A stretch of DNA of 64,000 nucleotides, taken from positions 18,054-82,053 of IMG/VR virus record IMGVR_UViG_3300042868_006787; one strand, 5' to 3'. This DNA is from a virus. Below, in pieces: positions 56,814-64,000 of this stretch. The notes beneath the pieces are model-generated. The model did no database searches, was not told the origin of the DNA, and worked only from the letters and a program-made list of their open reading frames with translations. The translations under genes were made by a program, and so were the position numbers. Numbering within the stretch: position 1 is the stretch's first letter; each line of letters starts with the position of its first letter.

Positions 56814-57536
56814 ATGACCCAATTAAAGAGATCGCATGATAGAAAGGTCGCTAACCTTGTTACAAAAAATGGAAAGCAAGCCGCAATTGCAAACACGTTC
56901 GGATTACCCGCAGGAAAAAACTTTTCATGTCCTGGTGCTACGTCTATCTGCGAGACTGTTTGCTACGCTGGGAAACTTGAAAAACTATTCAAAGGAGTAA
57001 AGGCTAACCTCCTTCACAATTGGGAGTTATTAAAAGACGCAGACGAATCAACTATGATAAGTCTATTAGATAATATGATTAATGATTTTAAAAAAGATTG
57101 TGAAAAGAAAAAAGCCCCACTACTATTTCGCATTCATTGGGACGGTGATTTCTTTAATGACACGTACACCAAAGCATGGAAGCAGATCATCCTTAACAAT
57201 GCAGATATAAAATTTTGGGTATATACACGAGTAGAAGCAGCAGCCTTAATGCTTAAGGGTATTGATAATCTATCTTTATACTATTCAACAGATAGCGAGA
57301 ATAAGCAAATAGGTGTTAGTTTAAAGAAAGATCATGGAGTGCGCCTTGCATACCTTGCACAGAATTTTGCTATAGGTCAAGCAGATATGAAAAAATTGTT
57401 TGATAAACCTGGCGCTAAGTGTCCTGAGAACCTAAAAGCCATTCCCCTAATCTCAAATGCTGGAAGTGCTTGCGTATCATGCGGATTGTGTGTATACTCT
57501 AAAAGCGATATTGTTTTCTCATCATCTAAAAAATAA
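56814..57536 (+). CDS. GP88-like (radical-SAM-related) Fe-S protein
   Basis: FGLPAG..CPGATSICETVCYA...FRIHWDGDF...FWVYTR...CVSCGLC; TGTTATACT 5 nt before ATG. Confidence 0.7.
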   Translation: MTQLKRSHDRKVANLVTKNGKQAAIANTFGLPAGKNFSCPGATSICETVCYAGKLEKLFKGVKANLLHNWELLKDADESTMISLLDNMINDFKKDCEKKKAPLLFRIHWDGDFFNDTYTKAWKQIILNNADIKFWVYTRVEAAALMLKGIDNLSLYYSTDSENKQIGVSLKKDHGVRLAYLAQNFAIGQADMKKLFDKPGAKCPENLKAIPLISNAGSACVSCGLCVYSKSDIVFSSSKK

Positions 57537-57642
57537 GGAGTGGTGCTTGGAACTCTTAATAGGACTATCAATTATATTCGTCTATTTATTGTTTGCTGGT
57601 CTAGGACACTAAATGTCCGTTTTGTCCGTTTCTATACGCTGG

Positions 57643-57683
57643 TGTGAGATACATCACAGATATCACATCTCAAAATATGAGAT
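57643..57683. promoter_or_regulatory. Perfect CRP-type box plus ATCTCA-N5-TGAGAT palindrome
   Basis: TGTGA-GATACA-TCACA at 57643; palindrome at 57667. Confidence 0.65.
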
Positions 57684-57761
57684 TATTAGAAATATAACTT
57701 GTATTTTTGACCAAATAATGTTATTCTTAGGTAGTAAGCCAAACCAACAAGAAGGAGAACC

Positions 57762-57926
57762 ATGTCCGTATCAACCGCAACATACAAAGTAGGCGACACC
57801 TACACATCACAAAAATCAAAGGTAGTAGGAACTATTACCGAAATTGTGCCAACTAACAAGAACACAGTTAGAGTTAAGTTAGATGTTAATGGCTCAACTC
57901 GCTGGACTACTTGGACAGCAAAGTAA
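57762..57926 (+). CDS. Small beta-rich protein (54 aa), paralog of 58521-58691
   Basis: AAGGAG RBS; Y.VGD...S.K..V.G.I....P.......RV.L. Confidence 0.65.
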   Translation: MSVSTATYKVGDTYTSQKSKVVGTITEIVPTNKNTVRVKLDVNGSTRWTTWTAK

Positions 57927-57928
57927 TC

Positions 57929-57971
57929 TTAGCCTAGTGGCTAAAGTCCTGAGCATGACCAAAAACTGCTC
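57929..57971 (+). ncRNA. Hairpin + H-type pseudoknot motif, copy 1
   Basis: TTAGCC/GGCTAA hairpin, then GTC-CT-GAGCA-T-GAC-CAAAAAC-TGCTC. Confidence 0.6.
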
Positions 57972-58011
57972 AACTTAAAAGCCCCACTAACAGAAACGGA
58001 AACCCATCACA

Positions 58012-58434
58012 ATGGCAAGAAGCAAACCCATCAGCGTAAAAATCGCTACTGCTAAGGTTATTACAGCCTTAGAAAACAGATTAGCCGAACTAGAGGCTAA
58101 CTATAAAACACAAGACGAGAACGAGGCAAAGTTCCAAACCCAAATAGACGCTTGGAAAAAAGAACTATTTGCTTTTGCTATCGCTAATGTTTCTAAGGCA
58201 GAAAACCTTAGAACTAACTATCGCCAATGGAACAACAACCTTAATGTTGATTTTGATTTAACAGTTAAAGAAGGCGAGTTCCCTGCTGAACCTGAGCGTA
58301 AGTTTGAGCAAATCCATGTTCATACTTATCGTGAGCAGAAAGAGGAAATGGAAAACGCTATCCGTATCCTTAAAATGACCGACGAGGAAACAGTTAGCAC
58401 TAGCACATATAACGCTATCGCTAGATACCTTTAA
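58012..58434 (+). CDS. Hypothetical coiled-coil protein
   Basis: 140-aa helical ORF. Confidence 0.7.
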   Translation: MARSKPISVKIATAKVITALENRLAELEANYKTQDENEAKFQTQIDAWKKELFAFAIANVSKAENLRTNYRQWNNNLNVDFDLTVKEGEFPAEPERKFEQIHVHTYREQKEEMENAIRILKMTDEETVSTSTYNAIARYL

Positions 58435-58520
58435 TAGTTTGGGGGTATTTGACTATGCCCCCAAAATATGTTAGACTAGATAAGTAATGACCCAAACCCA
58501 AACAGAAAGGCAAGACCCAA

Positions 58521-58691
58521 ATGACACTAGGCGGATACACATACCAACTAGGTGATTTATTCACCACAAGCAAAACAGGTATTACAGGTAGAATTGTAAA
58601 GTTCTCACCTATTAACTCTAAGACCACTAGAGTATCCTTACAATTAGCAAATGGCGCAAGACGCCTTGCTATGGTAAGCACAACTAAATAA
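58521..58691 (+). CDS. Small beta-rich protein (56 aa), paralog of 57762-57926
   Basis: GAAAGG RBS; Y.LGD...SK...G.I....P.......RV.L. Confidence 0.65.
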   Translation: MTLGGYTYQLGDLFTTSKTGITGRIVKFSPINSKTTRVSLQLANGARRLAMVSTTK

Positions 58692-58692
58692 T

Positions 58693-58770
58693 TTATCTCT
58701 GATAAGCACTTGGCTCATCTGCTAAGTTATTCCTGAGATAAGACTCCTGAGCATGAGTTCTAAACTGCTC
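58693..58770 (+). ncRNA. Hairpin + pseudoknot motif, copy 2
   Basis: TTATCTC...GAGATAA, then GACTC-CT-GAGCA-T-GAGTT-CTAAAC-TGCTC. Confidence 0.6.
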
Positions 58771-58905
58771 ACCTTTTAATTGCCCCGCAAAAACCCGGGC
58801 ACATGTGATGTAGATCACGTCCCACTATGTGAGACTAATTAAGAACTGAACTTGCATTTCACAGGCCATGGTGATATTATTGTATTAACAGAAAAGGAAC
58901 CCCTA

Positions 58906-59403
58906 ATGAGCGAAGTAATGTTACAAGATCAGTTAACTGTTTCTTATAATCCCAACCTACTTGTGACCTACAAGTATATACCTGAACTGACACCTTCACA
59001 TGGTGTGCAACTAGGGGAAGAGCCAGCAGCAACATTCATGACTGATAAAGTTACTGAGATTGAATGGCAACTTCATAAGTCACGAGAGTATGCAGCAAGA
59101 TCATCTGCATTGGCTGCAGAGCGACGTGGTGACATTGAGTGGCTTGAAGAGCACATTGTTGAATGGTATGACCCAAACTATTCCAAAGAAGAAGTTTTAA
59201 AAGCGCTAGCAGAACACTTTGCTATTAATCCTATGAAGGAGATTAGCGTATACGGAACTGTTACATTCAGCGGAACAATACAGGTGCCACTGGATGAGGT
59301 TGAAGATTTTGACCTAAGCAATGTAACCATTGACGCAGAAATAAGTTCATATGACTATGAAGCGGACCTAACTGTGGACGATGTATCACTGGAAGAGAAC
59401 TAA
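58906..59403 (+). CDS. Hypothetical acidic protein
   Basis: AAGGA RBS before MSEVML. Confidence 0.65.
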   Translation: MSEVMLQDQLTVSYNPNLLVTYKYIPELTPSHGVQLGEEPAATFMTDKVTEIEWQLHKSREYAARSSALAAERRGDIEWLEEHIVEWYDPNYSKEEVLKALAEHFAINPMKEISVYGTVTFSGTIQVPLDEVEDFDLSNVTIDAEISSYDYEADLTVDDVSLEEN

Positions 59404-59442
59404 TAAGAGATCTGTAGCATCCGCTGCAGGGACCGTTTAAAT

Positions 59443-59487
59443 TTGATAGGGGGCTATCAAGATCCTGGACATGATCATAAACTGTCC
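59443..59487 (+). ncRNA. Hairpin + pseudoknot motif, copy 3 (covariant)
   Basis: TTGATAG/CTATCAA, then GATC-CT-GGACA-T-GATC-ATAAAC-TGTCC. Confidence 0.65.
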
Positions 59488-59563
59488 TATTAAAATGCCC
59501 GGCCCGCCCGAAATGTCCGATTTGTACTATTTAAGAAGATTAAACCATTTCCCCCAATCCTAT

Positions 59564-59592
59564 TTGACATTGTCAGCCATGACTGCTAAACT
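59564..59592 (+). promoter_or_regulatory. Dual SigA (-35 TTGACA) and PafBC-type promoter of the DUF932 gene
   Basis: TTGACA-T-TGTCAG-CCATGACTGC-TAAACT. Confidence 0.65.
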
Positions 59593-59618
59593 TAGTTAAA
59601 ACGATCGAAAGGAAAAAA

Positions 59619-60635
59619 ATGGCCCATGAGTTAGAAACTCAAAACGGTGTGGCAAGTTTTGCATCATTCCGTGAACCTGCATGGCACAATCTTGGTACTG
59701 TATTTGATACTGAGAAAAACACTAACGAAATGTTAGTTGCTGCTAATCTTAATAATTGGAATGTTAGACTAGAGGATTTAGAAATCCCATCTAGTTTAGT
59801 ATCTGACAAACAATATCAATATGTTGTTCGCACAAATCCTACTGACAAATCTCAAACTGATGTTTTGGGAATTGTTGGTGAGCGTTATGTTCCACTACAA
59901 AATGAAGATTTATTTTCATTCGGTGATAATATTCTTGATGGTGGTGGACGATGGGAAACTGCTGGCTCTCTTAAGGGTGGGCGTGTAGTATTTGGCTCTC
60001 TTGCATTAGAGCGTGAAACTGTATTAGACCCAAATGGTGTGGCAGATGTTGTTAAAACTTATTTGCTTATCAACACATCACACGATGGCTCAATCGCTAT
60101 TCAAGCAAGCATAACACCCGTTCGTGTTGTGTGCGCTAATACTCTTAATGTTGCACTTAACCGTACACGCAAGAAAGATGGCGTCAAGCAATCTTTCAAA
60201 ATCCGTCATACTCAAACTGCTCAGGGCAAAGTTGCTGTTGCTCGTCAAGCATTAGGTATGGCTAATTCATACATGGACGCATTTGATAAAATGGCTCATG
60301 CTATGATAACAAAAGAAATCACCGCACAAGATTTCAATAACATTATTCTTGCTGCATATCCTAAACCTGAAACCGATAGCAAGGGCTCTCTAAAGAAATG
60401 GGAAAACAAAGTAGATATGATTAACGATATCTATACTGGAGAGTTTAACGGAATGATTAGTGGAAATGCTTGGGGTGCGTTCAATGCACTAACTGAGCGT
60501 TTAGACTGGTATCGTTCTGCTCGTGGTGGTAATAGCGAAAGCATGTTTGCTGCTGCTTCTGGATTTGACCCTGTAATAAATGCAGAGAAAAATCGTTTGC
60601 TAACTATTGTTCAAAATACTTTGCAACTAGTTTAG
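59619..60635 (+). CDS. DUF932 family (phage/plasmid TIGR03299-like) protein
   Basis: MAHEL...REPAWH.LG...LG.VG.RY..LQN...ETAGSL.GG..VF...SHDGS...TPVRVVC.NTL...IRHT. Confidence 0.85.
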   Translation: MAHELETQNGVASFASFREPAWHNLGTVFDTEKNTNEMLVAANLNNWNVRLEDLEIPSSLVSDKQYQYVVRTNPTDKSQTDVLGIVGERYVPLQNEDLFSFGDNILDGGGRWETAGSLKGGRVVFGSLALERETVLDPNGVADVVKTYLLINTSHDGSIAIQASITPVRVVCANTLNVALNRTRKKDGVKQSFKIRHTQTAQGKVAVARQALGMANSYMDAFDKMAHAMITKEITAQDFNNIILAAYPKPETDSKGSLKKWENKVDMINDIYTGEFNGMISGNAWGAFNALTERLDWYRSARGGNSESMFAAASGFDPVINAEKNRLLTIVQNTLQLV

Positions 60636-60640
60636 CAATA

Positions 60641-60668
60641 AAATCCTGAGCATGATTTAAAACTGCTC
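60641..60668 (+). ncRNA. Pseudoknot motif, copy 4, abutting tRNA-Asp
   Basis: AAATC-CT-GAGCA-T-GATTT-AAAAC-TGCTC. Confidence 0.6.
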
Positions 60669-60672
60669 CGCT

Positions 60673-60746
60673 GGTCCCATAGATCAATTGGTTAGATCGT
60701 TACCCTGTCACGGTAAAGGCTACGGGTTCAAGTCCCGTTGGGATCG
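60673..60746 (+). tRNA. tRNA-Asp(GTC)
   Basis: GGTCCCA/TGGGATC acceptor, GATC/GATC D-stem, TTACC-CTGTCAC-GGTAA, ACGGG-TTCAAGT-CCCGT; no CCA. Confidence 0.92.
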
Positions 60747-60840
60747 CAAGTGGGCCCGGGCATGACTATTTAAATAATAACACACAATTGTTTCATTAAG
60801 AACGCTTGACTTTTTTCCCAGTTGCCTGTAAAATATTAAT

Positions 60841-61062
60841 ATGACCCTAAACGTAGAAATATATGAAATGGATTACTCATGCTCTCCTGGTGGAGTTAAC
60901 TGTTGGGAAGTATCTATTGACGAGTGGTGTGTCTCTGATTTTAAAACCGCAGGGGACGCAATACAATACGTGCTTGACAAATACCCTTATGATGAGTTAA
61001 ACTTAAATGTAAAATCCCTTAACTGGTACTTTAAGGAGTATGCAGATGATTACGCAGTTTAA
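60841..61062 (+). CDS. Hypothetical protein (probably leaderless)
   Basis: TTGACT-N17-TAAAAT, 6 nt before ATG. Confidence 0.6.
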   Translation: MTLNVEIYEMDYSCSPGGVNCWEVSIDEWCVSDFKTAGDAIQYVLDKYPYDELNLNVKSLNWYFKEYADDYAV

Positions 61063-61606
61063 ACCCAAAACCATAAACCAATTAGTAGAAACCATATACG
61101 AGGATAATTTCTCACACCTAGATCTAATAGACAACATGGCTAGCGGTGATTGTGATTGTCGTATCCATATCACTCTTAATACTATCTTAGAATATTGGGG
61201 TGAGTAATGTCAATGCTAGGGTATGAAAGAGATGATTTAGATAATATGGTTCTTGCAGTTGAATCTGCTCTAACTACCGTGAATTCTGACGATGATCCTT
61301 GGCTACACAGAAACCTTACACAAGCCTCTGACTTCTTGCAAGGCCTATGGGCAGAGGGGTACTTTGAATAATGGCTCCTCAATATTCTCAAGACCACGGT
61401 GCAATTATAGATAAAATTATGGAACTTATAAACACAGATGGTGAGGTCCTGTCTGATGAAGAGGTTGTTAATAGTATTAGGGGACTTCTTGAAGAGAACC
61501 CTCAAACCTATTGGGGTGGAGTGTGATGTAGATCACCTTACGATACCTTGTAATTTTTCCCAGTTCGTAGTAAAATTGTATTAAGAACCCTAGAGAAAGA
61601 AGCCCA

Positions 61607-61930
61607 ATGCCCAAGTTAGTAGAACTTACAGAGGATGAATGGTTTAAACAGTTCAAGCCTATCCCAAACCATTTAGACGAGAATGCCTCATTCAATGACG
61701 GTGAACATGGCTATATGTTTGAGACATATGGTGATGAGGTAGAGTTTGTTAGAGACCATGCGTTTCTACATCCCAACACTGTATGGACTTACTGTGACGG
61801 AGATAACGGTGGTACGTATATCTCTGACGGTATGCATATGGTTAATAGGATTGGTTACTTTGTAACTACCGTGCCCTACGATGACAAACAGTATTATCAG
61901 ATACAACTAATTGCAGGAGAGGACGACTAA
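61607..61930 (+). CDS. Hypothetical phage protein
   Basis: 107 aa; promoter and CRP-like box upstream. Confidence 0.7.
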   Translation: MPKLVELTEDEWFKQFKPIPNHLDENASFNDGEHGYMFETYGDEVEFVRDHAFLHPNTVWTYCDGDNGGTYISDGMHMVNRIGYFVTTVPYDDKQYYQIQLIAGEDD

Positions 61931-62487
61931 TGCATACCCTACATTATCTAGCAGTTGAAGCAGATAACAAGCAAGAGGCTTTTGACAAAGTTGTTGTAAG
62001 CCTACAAACAAACGAAGACGGATACCGCATAGGCGATTGGTCAGATTGGCACGTCGTTGGCGGAGGAAGGTGGAGCACTAATGCACAAAAATCTAAAGAT
62101 TTTATGGACGGTTATAACCATGACAGTACTGATGTTATTGGCTATGCTGAAAATAAAGAAAAGTTCCAAGAAGTAATTAAGGATATCTTAAGGTTCCGCT
62201 CTCAAACCATGAACAGAAACATAGTAGAGATTAAGACTGATAAGTTTATTAGTCAAATGGTCGACTATGCTTCAGAGGGTGGCAGGGGTCCCTGGAATGG
62301 GGATACCCTAATGAATGTTTATTCTATTAAACAAGCAGCAGAAATGCTCATGGGCTCTTGGACATCCGACAGTGGGTTTTACGATCTTCAAGAACATGTC
62401 TCAGAATTCGAGTATTTAAATGAGCGACTTGACAAACCTGAACAGTCTGCTCTACAATATCTAGTACCAGTAGACTTTCACTTCTAA
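61930..62487 (+). CDS. Hypothetical phage protein (WSDW.VVGGGRW...VDFHF family)
   Basis: Coupled ORF. Confidence 0.7.
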   Translation: MHTLHYLAVEADNKQEAFDKVVVSLQTNEDGYRIGDWSDWHVVGGGRWSTNAQKSKDFMDGYNHDSTDVIGYAENKEKFQEVIKDILRFRSQTMNRNIVEIKTDKFISQMVDYASEGGRGPWNGDTLMNVYSIKQAAEMLMGSWTSDSGFYDLQEHVSEFEYLNERLDKPEQSALQYLVPVDFHF

Positions 62488-62496
62488 GGAGACCCA

Positions 62497-62829
62497 ATGA
62501 TAAAAACAAAAACCTTAATCCTAGCAGGCCAAATAGGAATTGATAGCGGACAAGCAATGGTTGGCGACCCATGTTATTTAGAGCAATGGGATACTAACCA
62601 AAATGATGAGTGGAATATTGACGGCAAGCAAGGGCAATATTCTTATCATGGCGCAAGTGCCACCACACTTTCTAATGCTTACGGTCAGTTAGGTAATGGC
62701 ACGGCAGTAGTATTTAATACAGGATATGGCGATGGCGTATATCCAGTCTATGTTCAGATGAACGAGGACGGCAGAGTTTCTAAAGTCGTAATCGATTTCG
62801 AGGGGGACCTAGATGAGGAGAATGACTAA
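62497..62829 (+). CDS. DUF4241-like protein
   Basis: IGIDSGQAMVGDP...TGYGDG.YPVY...VVIDF. Confidence 0.6.
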   Translation: MIKTKTLILAGQIGIDSGQAMVGDPCYLEQWDTNQNDEWNIDGKQGQYSYHGASATTLSNAYGQLGNGTAVVFNTGYGDGVYPVYVQMNEDGRVSKVVIDFEGDLDEEND

Positions 62830-62974
62830 TGGCTACATGGGATGTTGAAATAATCTTTGAGCCCACAGGTACTTATATGAATTTTGAATATGAGACTGAC
62901 ACTGAAGACGAGAACGATATCTTTAATGAGATAACAAATCAAATATCAATTATACCTGAGAGAACGGATGACTA

Positions 62975-63346
62975 ATGGGAGCACGCTGTACATTCGTATT
63001 TAAACAATCAGAGGACCTAGCAGTAGCACTGTACAGTCATTGGGGCGAAGACAGTATGTATACAGATCTGGCTCAGGCCCTAAAGCATGCAGCGGTACGT
63101 AAAGGGGATACAGAATACTATACCCGCATGGCTATTAGTTATTTGATGCAAGACTCTATCTTGGATGAGACAGGGTTTGGAATCTATGCATGTAATCCTA
63201 ATGACTTAGGGTTTGCGGACCATCCAATATTAATCGACCTAACAGATAATACTATTAGTCATGATGGCGTAGACCACAAAGACATTGATAGTTTTATTTC
63301 TTATAATTGCTCTACGGATACGCCCGTAGGAGCGCTGCAGGGGTAG
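62975..63346 (+). CDS. Hypothetical phage protein
   Basis: MGARC...LYSHWG. Confidence 0.65.
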   Translation: MGARCTFVFKQSEDLAVALYSHWGEDSMYTDLAQALKHAAVRKGDTEYYTRMAISYLMQDSILDETGFGIYACNPNDLGFADHPILIDLTDNTISHDGVDHKDIDSFISYNCSTDTPVGALQG

Positions 63347-63440
63347 GGTCACCACCTGCTAAAAACGAGGGTAGGGCACCGACTAATGGGTGGTTTGTGT
63401 CCTACCCCATTTTTTGATATACTGGGGAGTAAGGAGAGTT

Positions 63441-63674
63441 ATGTATCGTATTAGTAGGGCTAAGCAAACAACCAACGAGGAGAAGGTTGCTATTGCTATG
63501 GGCAAACACCTTGCTGACTTTTATCTTGATTTAGAAAAGGTTGGATATTATTTGGCTAAGGCAACCCCTTATTTAATTTATCGCAGGGCATTAGAAGTGC
63601 TGGAAAGTGCTAAGTTTCAAGAGGACGAGATAGAGCATGCTAAATTACAGTATGATCAAAGAAGGCTTCCATAA
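63441..63674 (+). CDS. Hypothetical protein
   Basis: AAGGAG RBS before MYRISRAK. Confidence 0.6.
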   Translation: MYRISRAKQTTNEEKVAIAMGKHLADFYLDLEKVGYYLAKATPYLIYRRALEVLESAKFQEDEIEHAKLQYDQRRLP

Positions 63675-63701
63675 CAATGAATAGTTTGGTATACTTATAA
63701 G

Positions 63702-64000
63702 ATGAGCGAAACAGGACCAACCACTAAGTTAAAAATTCTTTCTGAGTTGTGGTTAACTTATCGTGATGAAGAAGCCTTTGAAGAGTTTGTAGACTATAAC
63801 GATATAGGACTACCACTAGCCTACGCTATTCATACTGACATTGTTGCTCCTTCTCCAAGGTCTGATCTTTATACACAAGAAACCTTTGATATGCTTTTGG
63901 CATCTCTAGGGTTTGTAGATGAGGCAGGGGATATTGTAGATAAAGGCTGGGAAGATTTAGAAGATATGTTAAATAATTCTGAGTCTTATATTAAAGATAA
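63702..64000 (+). CDS. Hypothetical protein (partial, probably leaderless)
   Basis: TGGTATACT 6 nt before ATG; open to the window end. Confidence 0.6.
   Translation, partial: MSETGPTTKLKILSELWLTYRDEEAFEEFVDYNDIGLPLAYAIHTDIVAPSPRSDLYTQETFDMLLASLGFVDEAGDIVDKGWEDLEDMLNNSESYIKD

Noticed and set aside
57946-60668. CTGAGCATGA...AAAC motif as a hammerhead ribozyme or intrinsic terminator
   Set aside because: It lacks the CUGANGA/GAAA core with three stems, and one copy reads CTGGAC; there is no consistent U-tract after the stems.
60673-60746. tRNA-Asp as a prophage attachment site
   Set aside because: Phage-type genes continue on both sides, with no integrase and no duplicated tRNA 3' end in the window.

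Overview
A 64-kb AT-rich segment of a large tailed dsDNA phage with siphovirus-type morphogenesis genes. The host is probably an Actinobacterium, possibly a freshwater lineage; this is inferred from promoter motifs, leaderless genes and gene content. Positions 1-50.2 kb are almost all on the minus strand. They carry a partial DnaB-like helicase, tail-tip proteins, a 2407-aa tape measure protein, tail chaperones, tail tube, head-tail joining proteins, major capsid, protease/scaffold, portal and class II RNR (nrdJ). A ~17-kb accessory block follows, with fibre/decoration proteins, 2OG-Fe(II) oxygenases, glycosyl- and methyltransferases, a secreted lysozyme-like protein and an atypical tRNA. From ~52 kb there is a divergent region of small, probably early genes (GP88-like, DUF932, tRNA-Asp) with motif-dense intergenic DNA. 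No terminase or integrase is recognisable in the window. Three candidates stand out. (1) A twice-occurring cassette: fibre with a shared C-terminal domain, then a protein with an (F-G/S-F-T-P)10-11 repeat and a C-terminal Hint domain ending HNK-stop, then 2OG-Fe(II) oxygenase(s); one copy also has a stand-alone, apparently inactive Hint gene. This is a candidate autoprocessing/peptide-modification system. (2) A four-copy hairpin + H-type pseudoknot RNA motif with compensatory changes in both stems. (3) Early promoters matching host regulator motifs: six PafBC-type TGTCnG-N10-TAnnnT promoters, about ten CRP-like boxes, three DnaA boxes and a LexA-like box, next to a minigene/iteron-like repeat array. 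All product calls are from motif recognition only; no database search was run.
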